NCBI GenBank assembly: GCA_963815195.1
Contig: CAWFGE010000008.1
Location: 416,001 to 480,000, forward strand
Direction of reading: 5' to 3'
DNA length: 64,000 nt
Source: an uncultured Planctomycetaceae bacterium
GTDB lineage: Bacteria; Planctomycetota; Planctomycetia; Planctomycetales; Planctomycetaceae
Under the pieces are notes generated by a model that saw only the letters and a program-made list of their open reading frames with translations, was not told where the DNA came from and did no database searches. Below, piece by piece: positions 44,199 through 53,612 of this stretch; positions within the stretch are counted from its first letter, which is position 1; the number at the start of each line of letters is the position of its first letter. Made by a program: the position numbers and the translations under genes.

Positions 44199-47100
44199 TC
44201 ACCGAAACAGCATCCCCGCGTAGCCCACGACGCGGGATTTTTCGCCCGAGACATCGGCGGACGTGGCGTAGGCCACGCGGCGGCTTTGGGTGAGTTTCCC
44301 CAAATGCGCGAGCGTTTTCAAGACAATCACCGCCGGCCGCATCCCGCACATGCTGATGTGGTTTTCGGTGCAGGTTTGATAGAGGGCATCGGGATCGAGT
44401 TTGTCCAACTCGGCGAGCGCCAATCCGTCCAACCGGCGGTTCTCGGCATCGGGGGCGAAGTGGTTCATGTCGCTGGAGATGATGAAGAGCGGCGGTTCGT
44501 CCGTCTCGGCGATGACTTCCGCGAGTTTCTCCGCGAATGTGTTTAATTGATCCAACCGCCCGCCGCCGATGGTGATCCCGACGATTTTCGTCTTGGGAGC
44601 CAGGCGGTGAATCAGCGGCAGTTCCACTTCGATTCCATGCTCGGCCTGATGGGCGGCGGCATCGAGCTTGAGGCCTGGAATCCTTTCGGCCAGACGCTTG
44701 GCAAGCCCCTGATCGGATTCCAACTCGCCGGTGGGCAGCGACCACTTGGCGTAGGGAGCCACCGCCCAGTCCACGCCGTGGGGCGTGTGTTTGGGGCCGA
44801 TGAGAATGACCGTTTTGGGAAACTCGATTTGCGCGAGCACGTCGCCCGCGATTTTTCCCGAATAGACCCAGCCCGCGTGGGGAACCATCGCGGCGGACCA
44901 CCCGGATCGTTCCGCGTTCGCGGGAAGCAGCTCGTCGAGCATTTGGTTCACATCGTCAGCCGAGGCCGGATAGAACGTGCCGGCGACGGCGGGCAGGCGA
45001 ATGTCGGGGCCGGTCACCGAGCGCGGACGGTCCACGACCTGCCCGCGCGGATGGGAGGACATGACGCGCAAGCTCATCACGAGCGTCAGGTCCGGCTCGT
45101 CGATTTCGGCAAGCTCCATCGCTTCTTTGAAGAGGATCTCGGCGTTTTTTTCATCATCGAAGACCCAGGCCCGGCGGTTGCCTTCCGCCACGAGAATCGC
45201 GCGGTCGCCATCAATGATGCCCGCCAGATTGGGGTCGCCCGCGGTGCCGTGCATGTTGGGATCGGTGAGCACCGTCATCGAGACTTTCACTTCGTTCGGC
45301 GGGATGCGGTGATTCGCGAGCGCCCGGGCCAGTTCCTCGCAGAGCGAAAACATCGTGGACTGGAGCGGCATCGTCTGCCGCAGGTTCAGCCGCGTGCTCA
45401 CGAGTTCCTGACCCGATCCGGGAAGGCTGACCCGCAGGCTGACGGCGTTGACGTTGCCGTCGGAGACCGAAGGACAATAGTAACGCGGCGTGGCACCTTG
45501 CATCAACGTTCGCAGCGTCTCGCCGCCGAACTGGGCATAGGCGGCCACGTCCCGCGGCGAGAACAACGGCGGAGCCAGCGGCCAGTTGGCGGTTTCTTCC
45601 TCGCTGAGCACTTGGCCCGCGTGCTCGCTGCCTTCGAAGCGGAACACCTGCGTCTCCTCATCCCGCCAGGCGGTCGCGGGCAGGCCGGCTTTGAGGCAGG
45701 TGCGGTTGAGAAACTCTTCCGCATCCCAGCCATGCTCGATCGCCACGCCCGGCAGCAACAAACCTCGCACAGAGCTGCGGACGACTTGCAAGCCATGCCG
45801 GCCGATGGTGACTGCGCCGATGCGGTCTTCGCCCTGTTCCGCGATTTCTTCGGGCGGCCCCAACAGCCAAACGTCCAAATCGAGATAAGGCAATTCGTTG
45901 CCGGAGATCCGCGGAAAGCGGGGATCGTCCGTGGCCGTGCGAACCGCCGCGAGCGTGAGGGACTGAAACAGCGGCATCACCACGCCGAGGTTCCCACAGC
46001 ACGACCGCAAATGCCCGCCGCGCTTGGCCGTGACGAAAACGCCCGACACCGGATGCTGGGCCAATTCGAGATGTTCCTCGCCGAACAACTCGGCCGGCGA
46101 GAATTGCAGGGAGCGTTCCAGGCTGGCCGCTTTGAGAACCCGCCCCGCCGCCTTGACGACCCGCGCGGATTGCTCGGCGGTCAAATTCGGCAAAGCCAAA
46201 GTGGAAGTCGTCATACCAGCACCTCCTTTTGTTTTGGTTTCAGCGTCTTTCGTCGATCGTTCTTGAACGGCCGATGCGGGCGAAGTCTCCCGGGGAGCCC
46301 GAGCGAACTGCCGCATGTCCACGGGCTGCCGCTGCCGGCCCCAGTCGCCGGGCTCCTCATCGAAATGCCCCGCGACGCGGGCCCCGCAAAACCGGCAGTG
46401 CGAGCCGTCGAGGTTGTATTCGCCGAGCTCGTACCAGTTGCGCTCGATGACAACTTTGTGACAATTCGGACAATACGTGCTCTGCCGCAAGGCGTCGTTC
46501 ACGTTCCCGGTATAAACATATTTGAGCCCCGTGGCCAGGGCGATTTCGCGGGCGGCGATTAGAGTCTCCGGCGGCGTGGGGCCTCGGTCCCGCATGCGGA
46601 AATCGGGATGAAACGCCGTGAAGTGCACCGGCACCTCGTCGCCTACGTTCTCCAGAATCCAATCGCACATCCGCTGGAACTCGTCCGCGTTGTCATTGGC
46701 CTGCGGGATGATCAGGTTCGTAATCTCAAACCACACGTCCGTTTCACGCTTGAGCCAGCGCAGCGTGTCGAGCACGGGCTGAATATGCGACAGCGTGAGC
46801 TTGTAATAGAATTCCTCCTCGAACGCTTTGAGATCCACGTTCGCGGCGTCCATTTCCGCGTAGAAATCCTCGCGGGCGGTTTCGGTGATGTAGCCCGCGG
46901 TCACGGCGACGGCTTTGACTCCCTCGGCCCGGCAAGCGCGGGCGGTCTCGATCGCATACTCGGCCCAAATCACCGGGTCGTTATAAGTAAAGGCCACGCT
47001 TTTGCAGCCGAGGGCTTTTGCGGCGCGGGCGATGTCCTCCGGGCCGGCCCGTTCGCTGAGGCGTGCGATCTCGCGGGATTTGGAGATGTCCCAGTTCTGG

Positions 47101-47435
47101 CAGAACTTGCAGCCCAAATTGCAGCCCGCCGTGCCGAAGGACAGCACACTCGTGCCGGGATAAAAATGGTTGAGCGGCTTCTTTTCGATGGGGTCGATGC
47201 AGAACCCGGTGCTGCGGCCGTAGGTGGTGAGCATCATCTGGCCGCCGATGTTCTGCCGGACAAAGCAGAACCCGCGGTCGCCGGGCTTGAGCACGCATTC
47301 GCGCGGGCAGAGGTCGCAGACGATTTTGCCGTCTTCCGCATGCCACCACTTGCCGGGGTACAAAAACGGCCGTTCGGCCGGGTCAATTTCCGAATTCGCC
47401 AAAATGGTCAGTTGTCGTTCTTCTGTTGTGGACAT
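44199..47435 (-). CDS. amrS: AmmeMemoRadiSam fusion: radical SAM (AmrS) + AMMECR1 (AmrA) + second AMMECR1-like region + MEMO (AmrB)
   Basis: CDLCPREC, DPIEKKPL and GCNLGCKFCQNW; GVFVT...LRSCCG...DDPRF...GRHGL...GLLLPGVA; RLPAVAGTFYP, VPHAGWVYSG, EHGIEVELP, SSDMNH, SMCG and VVGYAG. Confidence 0.93.
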   Translation of the reverse strand: MSTTEERQLTILANSEIDPAERPFLYPGKWWHAEDGKIVCDLCPRECVLKPGDRGFCFVRQNIGGQMMLTTYGRSTGFCIDPIEKKPLNHFYPGTSVLSFGTAGCNLGCKFCQNWDISKSREIARLSERAGPEDIARAAKALGCKSVAFTYNDPVIWAEYAIETARACRAEGVKAVAVTAGYITETAREDFYAEMDAANVDLKAFEEEFYYKLTLSHIQPVLDTLRWLKRETDVWFEITNLIIPQANDNADEFQRMCDWILENVGDEVPVHFTAFHPDFRMRDRGPTPPETLIAAREIALATGLKYVYTGNVNDALRQSTYCPNCHKVVIERNWYELGEYNLDGSHCRFCGARVAGHFDEEPGDWGRQRQPVDMRQFARAPRETSPASAVQERSTKDAETKTKGGAGMTTSTLALPNLTAEQSARVVKAAGRVLKAASLERSLQFSPAELFGEEHLELAQHPVSGVFVTAKRGGHLRSCCGNLGVVMPLFQSLTLAAVRTATDDPRFPRISGNELPYLDLDVWLLGPPEEIAEQGEDRIGAVTIGRHGLQVVRSSVRGLLLPGVAIEHGWDAEEFLNRTCLKAGLPATAWRDEETQVFRFEGSEHAGQVLSEEETANWPLAPPLFSPRDVAAYAQFGGETLRTLMQGATPRYYCPSVSDGNVNAVSLRVSLPGSGQELVSTRLNLRQTMPLQSTMFSLCEELARALANHRIPPNEVKVSMTVLTDPNMHGTAGDPNLAGIIDGDRAILVAEGNRRAWVFDDEKNAEILFKEAMELAEIDEPDLTLVMSLRVMSSHPRGQVVDRPRSVTGPDIRLPAVAGTFYPASADDVNQMLDELLPANAERSGWSAAMVPHAGWVYSGKIAGDVLAQIEFPKTVILIGPKHTPHGVDWAVAPYAKWSLPTGELESDQGLAKRLAERIPGLKLDAAAHQAEHGIEVELPLIHRLAPKTKIVGITIGGGRLDQLNTFAEKLAEVIAETDEPPLFIISSDMNHFAPDAENRRLDGLALAELDKLDPDALYQTCTENHISMCGMRPAVIVLKTLAHLGKLTQSRRVAYATSADVSGEKSRVVGYAGMLFR

Positions 47436-47649
47436 GTTGGGGAGGAGTGAATTGGGGGAAGGGGAAGGAATGCCGAGAGGCGAGGCGTCCGCGCGGTCCC
47501 GGCTTTGAAGAGAACCGCTTATGAAATGAGACAACATTCTCAGGAGAGAACCTGAAAACTGGGAGCGGAAGAATTCGAAGAGCGGACCAGAGGAAATGAC
47601 AGCTGGCCAAATGTTTCATTTATCGATTCAACGCGGTCTCGGGGAGCGG

Positions 47650-49056
47650 TCAACGTTCCGACGCGGGAATATGGATCGCGGCGAAACTGCACAAGCCGAA
47701 GCCGATCGGCTTCATGTGGCTGGGGCGGATTTCGTCCGCCGCGTGCCCGTTGAAGTTGACATACAGCGTCCCCCCGTCGGGGCTCAGCTTCACACCATAA
47801 CTCCCGCCGGGAACGTACCGGAAATGAGTCTCAAACGCCGGGGCGAGAAACGCGAGCACCTTGCGGGTGCCGGCGGCGATGTCGTACTGAACCACCGGTG
47901 TCCCGTATTTGAACGCCTGCCCGTGCGAGCCGGGCAGGTAATACAGGAACCGCTCATCGGGCGAGAGCACGGTGACGGTCGTGTATTGCCCGGTGCCCCA
48001 GGTCGGGCCGAGCCGTTCCAGTTTTCCATTCGCGGGGTCGAAGCGAAACAACTCATTGGTTTTGTGGGTCGTCCCGAAAATCACGCCGGCTTTGGTCGGC
48101 CGCGCGGAAGCCCGCATGCCGGGCGAATCGGGAAACGTGGCGCCGGTTTTCTGAACGCGGCCCGTCGCGGGATCGAGCTTCATCAATTTTCCCTCGGCTC
48201 CGTTGAAGTAGATCGCTCCGCCTGAGCCCAGCGCGAAACTGCGGTTGAACCCCACCTCGCCGTCTTGGCCCTGATAGATCGTCTTGCCGGTTTTCAGATT
48301 CAGTCCGAACAACGCGTCGCCGGTCCCGGCTTCCAGATTGCACCACCAGATGTTTCGCTTCGCATCGAACCGCGACGTGGCGGAACATCGCTTGGGCGGC
48401 AGGCTGGCGAACACCCGCGTCTTGCCCGAGTCGGGATCGAACTCGTAAAGCTGCCCGCCGGTCAGGTGCTCGTTCCAGTGGTATTGCTCCTGGCCCGCCC
48501 GGTTGCCTGCATTGAGCGTGCAGGAAAAATAGATCTTTCCTTGGGGCCCTTCGTCGATCTTCGCGTGCACCTTGGACCAGGCCGGCTGCCCTTCGCGGTG
48601 GGGGACGACCTGGTTCATGTCGACGATTTGCGAAAGCGTTTTCGTTTGGGGATCCCAGCGGTAGAGAAAGCAGCGGGCGTCGCCCTCGGCATCGTGGCCG
48701 TGATCGCCGATGCCCACATACACCCGCCCGTCCTTCGCCACACAGATGTCGCCCCACGAGGACCACAACCGCCGCTGGTCCGCCCCCTTTCCCAGGTGTT
48801 GATGGTACGCCAAATCCACCGTGGGGGCCTCTTTCGCCATCACGAACGCGGCAGCGCCTTTTTCATTCCGAGTCGCTGCGACAGCTTGCGGGACTTTTAA
48901 AAACTCATCCGTTTGTAGCGAAGCCGTTCCGTTGCGGCTGCCGGGAAGCGCGGGCGGCCAGCCGTCGCCTTCATCCGCCTGGAGATGCGGGACGATCGCG
49001 GCCAGAGTGAAACATGCCGCGACAACAATTCGAGATTGCATCGATCGAGAAATCAT
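47650..49056 (-). CDS. Secreted beta-propeller-like hypothetical protein
   Basis: Signal peptide (RIVVAACFTLAAIVPHLQA); repeated DGRVYVG / LYRWDP / LYEFDP / LSPDG blade motifs. Start uncertain. Confidence 0.7.
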   Translation of the reverse strand: MISRSMQSRIVVAACFTLAAIVPHLQADEGDGWPPALPGSRNGTASLQTDEFLKVPQAVAATRNEKGAAAFVMAKEAPTVDLAYHQHLGKGADQRRLWSSWGDICVAKDGRVYVGIGDHGHDAEGDARCFLYRWDPQTKTLSQIVDMNQVVPHREGQPAWSKVHAKIDEGPQGKIYFSCTLNAGNRAGQEQYHWNEHLTGGQLYEFDPDSGKTRVFASLPPKRCSATSRFDAKRNIWWCNLEAGTGDALFGLNLKTGKTIYQGQDGEVGFNRSFALGSGGAIYFNGAEGKLMKLDPATGRVQKTGATFPDSPGMRASARPTKAGVIFGTTHKTNELFRFDPANGKLERLGPTWGTGQYTTVTVLSPDERFLYYLPGSHGQAFKYGTPVVQYDIAAGTRKVLAFLAPAFETHFRYVPGGSYGVKLSPDGGTLYVNFNGHAADEIRPSHMKPIGFGLCSFAAIHIPASER

Positions 49057-49188
49057 CCGAATATGTCCTTCCACGATTTCCAATGACCGCGGGTGTGGTT
49101 CGTTCCTGAATTGGACCGTTCCCATCACAATAACCGGGAACCGGCCGCACCGCCACGCCGCGTCCAGTTTCTGAAACCTGTTTGAAAA

Positions 49189-49383
49189 CCTGAGCGGTAG
49201 GCGCTAGCCTCCGGTTTCGATGAAAGGATACTCACAGAATCAAGACCGGAGGCTAGCGCCTTGCCGCTCATGTTTGCAGAGACCGGAGGCTACGCCTTGC
49301 CGCTCATGTTTGCAGAGGCCGGAGGCTAGCGCCTTGCCGCTCATGTTTGCAGAGACCGGAGGCTAGCGCCTTGCCGCTCAGGT
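49189..49383. repeat. REP-like inverted repeat whose right arm is expanded into about 3.8 tandem 37-bp units
   Basis: Unit AGACCGGAGGCTAGCGCCTTGCCGCTCATGTTTGCAG from 49243; inverse arm TGAGCGGTAGGCGCTAGCCTCCGGT at about 49191-49215. Confidence 0.9.
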
Positions 49384-49438
49384 TTTTAGAGGAATCTGTT
49401 TTGAAACACCTTGTGAGGCTTCCGCCGAGGAGCATTTG

Positions 49439-50710
49439 ATGAAAGCGATCGTCACCGTCGGCTTGGGGTTTGGCGACGAAGGCAAAGGGGCCACGGTGGA
49501 TTTTCTCACCCGGCGGTATCGGGCCGAGGTCGTGGTGCGGTATTGCGGTGGCTCGCAGGCGGGGCACAACGTCGAACTGCCCGACGGAAGCCGGCACACA
49601 TTTTCCCAGTTCGGAGCGGGCACCCTGGCCGGGGCGAAAACCTATCTGGGGCCGCGGATGATCATCAGTCCCGCCACGCTGCCCCCCGAAGCCGAGCATC
49701 TGAAGCGCCTGGGCGTCGAGAACCCCTATGCCCTTCTGACCGTGCATCCCGATTGCCTCGTTTCGACGTTTTACCACATCACGATGAACCGGCTCCGCGA
49801 GCTGTCGCGGGGCGAAGATCGGCACGGTTCATGCGGTTTGGGCATCGGCGAAACCAGGCATTATTGGCTCCGCTACGGACAAGACGCGGTGTTCGCCAAC
49901 GACCTTCGCGACCCGCGCACGCTCCGGGCGAAGCTCGCCCTGTTGCGGGACCGCGTCCTGCTCGAGATGCAGGAACTTCCGACGCTCGATGAAGAATCGA
50001 GCCGGGCAATTCATGAAACCCGGCCGGCCGAGGAAGCCGGCTCGCTGCAATCGGCGTTTCAAGGAGCGACTCTGTCCCCCCGTCTTCCCGAGGCTCAGAC
50101 GCTCGTTTTTGAAGGTGCGCAAGGCGTGCTCTTGGATGAATGGAAGGGCTTTCCTCCCTACACCACCTGGAGCACTGTCACCACGCATCACGCCTGGGAA
50201 TTGATTGCAGAGCACCAAATCGAGGAGGTGACGGTGCTAGGCCTCACGCGGGCCTATGCAACCCGCCACGGTTCGGGGCCGTTTCCGACGTTCGATCCAG
50301 AACTCACCGCGCGGACGTTGGATCCCGGAAACCCCGAAAACCCCTGGCAAGGCCGGCTCCGCTGCGGGGCGCTTGATCTGGTGTTGCTCAACTATGCCAT
50401 CTCCGCCTGCCCGATCGACGGGTTGGTTGTCAACAACCTCGATCAAGTTCCCAAAGCGATCCCCGTGTGCCGGCGGTATGCGCGAGCAAGTTCCTTCCCC
50501 GTCCCCAAGAGTCTCAAAGAACAATCCGAACTTACAGAACGACTTCTGTCCGCGCAGCCGGAGATCGAGCCTCGGTCCCCTTCCGAGTTGCTCGAAGATC
50601 TGAAACAGTTTGCCCCCGTCGTTCTCACGGCCGATGGGCCAACGCACCAACACCGGGAGATCCGCACGGATCAGACGATCCTCCCCGCGGACCCTCAGCC
50701 GTTGTGTTAG
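49439..50710 (+). CDS. Divergent adenylosuccinate synthetase-like protein (PurA family paralog)
   Basis: GLGFGDEGKG, GGSQAGHNV, HGSCGLGIGET, VFEGAQGVLLD and RAYATRHGSGPFPT. Confidence 0.85.
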   Translation: MKAIVTVGLGFGDEGKGATVDFLTRRYRAEVVVRYCGGSQAGHNVELPDGSRHTFSQFGAGTLAGAKTYLGPRMIISPATLPPEAEHLKRLGVENPYALLTVHPDCLVSTFYHITMNRLRELSRGEDRHGSCGLGIGETRHYWLRYGQDAVFANDLRDPRTLRAKLALLRDRVLLEMQELPTLDEESSRAIHETRPAEEAGSLQSAFQGATLSPRLPEAQTLVFEGAQGVLLDEWKGFPPYTTWSTVTTHHAWELIAEHQIEEVTVLGLTRAYATRHGSGPFPTFDPELTARTLDPGNPENPWQGRLRCGALDLVLLNYAISACPIDGLVVNNLDQVPKAIPVCRRYARASSFPVPKSLKEQSELTERLLSAQPEIEPRSPSELLEDLKQFAPVVLTADGPTHQHREIRTDQTILPADPQPLC

Positions 50711-51630
50711 AAGTCCGCGATCTTTCCGAGTTCGCTCAAGACTCGACGGGCGGCGGGGCTGATGAGCCGGCCGTCCAGGCAGCACTCGGCGCGGACTTCG
50801 TTCGCGGTGACCCAGCGGTTCGCCGCCGCATTGCTGACTCGCTGCTCGGCGTTGGGGTTCAGCGAGACCTCGAATGCAGTCATTTGATACCGGGTGTCCT
50901 GCCAGGCGCTCGCGGACCAGGCTGCAAAATCCAACAATCGATCGCCGCCGACGGCATAGTCGCTCGGAGCGAGATCGAGCTCTTCAGAGATCTCCCGCTG
51001 AAGGCAGTCCAGGGCAGGCTCCCCGGTTTTCGCGTGCCCGCCCACCAAAAAATATCGGCCCCAGCGTTCGTTGTATTGAACGAGCCATTGCGGGGAATTT
51101 TTGACCCGGCGTTCCATGATGGCGATTCTCGATTCGGAACTCCGCAACCCGCCCCGGACCGGCGGTGGGAACGAGCCGCCATGATCTTGGGACGCCTCGA
51201 TCAATCGGGCGACGACCCGGCGAGCGGTCGGCGAAATCGGCCGCCGGCCGGGATCGAGCACCTCGTCCCGAGCCAGCCATTCCGCGATCAGTCCCGGCGG
51301 GACCACGCCTTCCTCGACGGGAAAACCGAAGACCTCGAGATGGTAATGCTGCACCCGGCCGGAGCGGTCGCTTTGCTGCAATTCGGGCATGTCGCATAAC
51401 AGCCCCGCTTCTCTTTGCGTCGTCTTGCCGAGGACTTCGGCCACGTTGCGCAAAGCAGCATCCGAACCGGCCTCCCGGCGTTCGGCCCCGGCGTCGAGCC
51501 CCGCCGATTTTGTGCGAATTTTTGTCATCGGCAGCGTAAACGCTCCCCACGAGGGATTGTGAACCAAGAGCAACTGTTCGCCGTGATACACAACGGTCAC
51601 AGCCACATCGACGCGCGGGATCTCTGGCAT
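50707..51630 (-). CDS. Tandem NUDIX-domain protein
   Basis: Domain 2 has a near-canonical Nudix box GGHAKTGEPALDCLQREISEELDL; the domain 1 box is degenerate (AALRNVAEVLG). Both domains end in ISP(T/A)ARRV. Confidence 0.78.
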   Translation of the reverse strand: MPEIPRVDVAVTVVYHGEQLLLVHNPSWGAFTLPMTKIRTKSAGLDAGAERREAGSDAALRNVAEVLGKTTQREAGLLCDMPELQQSDRSGRVQHYHLEVFGFPVEEGVVPPGLIAEWLARDEVLDPGRRPISPTARRVVARLIEASQDHGGSFPPPVRGGLRSSESRIAIMERRVKNSPQWLVQYNERWGRYFLVGGHAKTGEPALDCLQREISEELDLAPSDYAVGGDRLLDFAAWSASAWQDTRYQMTAFEVSLNPNAEQRVSNAAANRWVTANEVRAECCLDGRLISPAARRVLSELGKIADF

Positions 51631-51731
51631 GGCAAGGCTTCCTGAATGATCAACAGGTCTTGGAAAAGTGCTTGTGAGTATAACAATTCCCCCATCAACT
51701 TGGTCCGCAAAAATGGGCGGGACGGGAGGTG

Positions 51732-52718
51732 TCACGATTCTTGAAAAGTGTTCCGCAGTAACTGGAGGGCGTTGTTGAGCGACTCATCCCTCGAGTTCTT
51801 CCGCCAAATCAGGCGTTCGCTGATGGCAAATGCCTTTCCCAGCCGGCGGATCACAAAGGTTTTCCGGTCCGCCGAAGTGAGCAGCGCCTCGGGCAAAATC
51901 GCCACGCCCACCTGCAGGCGGGCATATTCGCGGGCCGCGTCCCAGCCGCCGCCTTCCACGGCAAAATACAACTCCGCCGAGGGACGGCACGCGGCTTCCA
52001 ATTGTTGCCGGATCCCGGAATCGCGGTCCAAGCCGATCAATTCCCATTGCGGCAGGTAGCTCTTCAATTCCCGCGCCTCCAGCGGCCGGTTCGGGGCATA
52101 GGTTTTCAGGTCAAGGCCGGCGGGCGTCTTTTGATGGGCAATCGCGGCCAGATCGTACTGGCGCAATTCCTCGACCGACAGGACCGAAGCGGGATGCTCG
52201 GCGTCTTTCAAGACGTTTCGGATCTGTTGGGGAGTATGGGTCACAACCGCCAGATCGAACGTCCCGTCGGCCGTTTTGAGGATTCGTCTCTTTCCCCGGT
52301 CGATCCGAATCTCCAGTTCCACGTCGGGATAATCGCGTTGAAACTGGACGACAAACTTCGGCAGGCCCTGGCTCGCCGTAAACGTCCCGCACCCCAAATG
52401 CAACACCTTCGACGTGGGGGCTTCGGCGGCGATGTATTCCAAGATGCGGTCGTATTGTCCGATCAGTTGCCGCATGGCCGGCAGGACCGCTTTGGCATCA
52501 TCCGTCAAAGCCAGCGTTTTTCCCGAGCCATGCAATAATTTTTTGCCGCAGACGCGTTCGGTTTTGAAGATTTTCAACCGGCGGGTGACTACGGGCTGGT
52601 GATCCCCCAATTCCCGGGCCGCGGCGCTCACGCCTCCGCAATCATGAAAGGCGAGCAGGTTGCGGATCGCTTCGAGCGAGGGGCCGCGACGTTTGGCGGG
52701 GCTTCGATTGGCCGTCAT
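51732..52718 (-). CDS. LysR-family transcriptional regulator
   Basis: HTH GGVSAAARELGDHQPVVTRRLK; FQRDYPDVELEI, GTFDLAV and VGVAILPE in the substrate-binding domain. Confidence 0.88.
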   Translation of the reverse strand: MTANRSPAKRRGPSLEAIRNLLAFHDCGGVSAAARELGDHQPVVTRRLKIFKTERVCGKKLLHGSGKTLALTDDAKAVLPAMRQLIGQYDRILEYIAAEAPTSKVLHLGCGTFTASQGLPKFVVQFQRDYPDVELEIRIDRGKRRILKTADGTFDLAVVTHTPQQIRNVLKDAEHPASVLSVEELRQYDLAAIAHQKTPAGLDLKTYAPNRPLEARELKSYLPQWELIGLDRDSGIRQQLEAACRPSAELYFAVEGGGWDAAREYARLQVGVAILPEALLTSADRKTFVIRRLGKAFAISERLIWRKNSRDESLNNALQLLRNTFQES

Positions 52719-52773
52719 TCCGCGTTCCTTGTTTAAACCCACGAGACAGCCCGGCAACGGCTGTGTCATTTCA

Positions 52774-52822
52774 ATATACGAAAAAGTATATCAAAACCAT
52801 TGTCTATTGCAATAAAGTATAT
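52774..52822. promoter_or_regulatory. AT-rich divergent promoter region with a putative LysR operator
   Basis: ATATAC-GAAAAA-GTATAT dyad (52774-52791) and a second AAAGTATAT. Spacing is 1 nt short of the canonical T-N11-A box. Confidence 0.4.
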
Positions 52823-53123
52823 TTCGTATTTATGCTTTTGAAAAAAGATCCCTCTCCAAAGGCCCAGCCGAAATGGAAGTGACCACGTCTCAAAGGCCCG
52901 GCAAATACCAACAGGAGAAGCGCCCATGAGAAGCCCACCGAAGAAAACTCCCGCGCTGTTTCGCGGCGGCGAGGTGCCCGCTCGCCCGGAGCGCGCTTGG
53001 AAAACTTCGGGAGAAAGGGCGGATTTCCAATGAATCCGGGACTGAAACGCTGTATTGTCGTTAGAAGACCCCCAGCAAACGGCCGCCCTGCTCCGACGGT
53101 TTATTAGGCTGTGTCCGGTAATC

Positions 53124-53199
53124 TCTCCCTGGCCCGAAGCGCAAGCGAGGGAAGCCACGTTCCGGGAAAAATCCTCGCTCGCGCTTCGGGCCAGGGAGA
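53124..53199. repeat. REP-like hairpin (CCCGAAGCGCAAGCGAGG type)
   Basis: 27-bp arms TCTCCCTGGCCCGAAGCGCAAGCGAGG / CCTCGCTCGCGCTTCGGGCCAGGGAGA. Confidence 0.8.
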
Positions 53200-53297
53200 A
53201 TCATCCCAAAATCCGATTCACCGCATCCAGACGAACCCTTTTAACGAAAAGTGGCACAGACATTTTTTGCCGACTTCGAGTTGAAATCGAGTTTTCA

Positions 53298-53612
53298 ATG
53301 AATCCACAAGACTACCGGCCGAAGCCGATCGATACCTCGCACGTCGAGTTGTCCGAGACGATTGCCGCCTTGACGGAGCGACTGGCGGAAAATGCCCATG
53401 ACATCTGGGCCGCGGCCCGCATGGCGGACGGTTGGACGTACGGGACCGAGCGCAAGGACAAGGAGAAGAAACATCCGTGTCTCATCCCGTACGCCGACCT
53501 GCCGGAGAGCGAGAAGCAATACGACCGCAACGCCGCCTTGGAAACGCTCAAAGCGATTATCTCGCTGGGGTATCGCATCGAGCCTGGCGAATGTAACACG
53601 ATGAATCAATGA
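53298..53612 (+). CDS. Stand-alone RyR (ryanodine receptor repeat) domain protein
   Basis: YRPKPIDTSHVEL...ERLAENAHDIWAAARMADGWTYG...KKHPCLIPYADLPESEKQYDR...LGYRI is a complete RyR repeat. Confidence 0.92.
   Translation: MNPQDYRPKPIDTSHVELSETIAALTERLAENAHDIWAAARMADGWTYGTERKDKEKKHPCLIPYADLPESEKQYDRNAALETLKAIISLGYRIEPGECNTMNQ

Noticed and set aside
49243..49380. CRISPR array
   Set aside because: The units are head-to-tail with an identical 9-10 nt linker, there are no unique spacers and no cas genes; it is a tandem REP-arm repeat.
49439..50710. PurZ (Z-base synthesis)
   Set aside because: The catalytic position is Asp (GDEGKG), not the Ser typical of PurZ, and there is no phage context.
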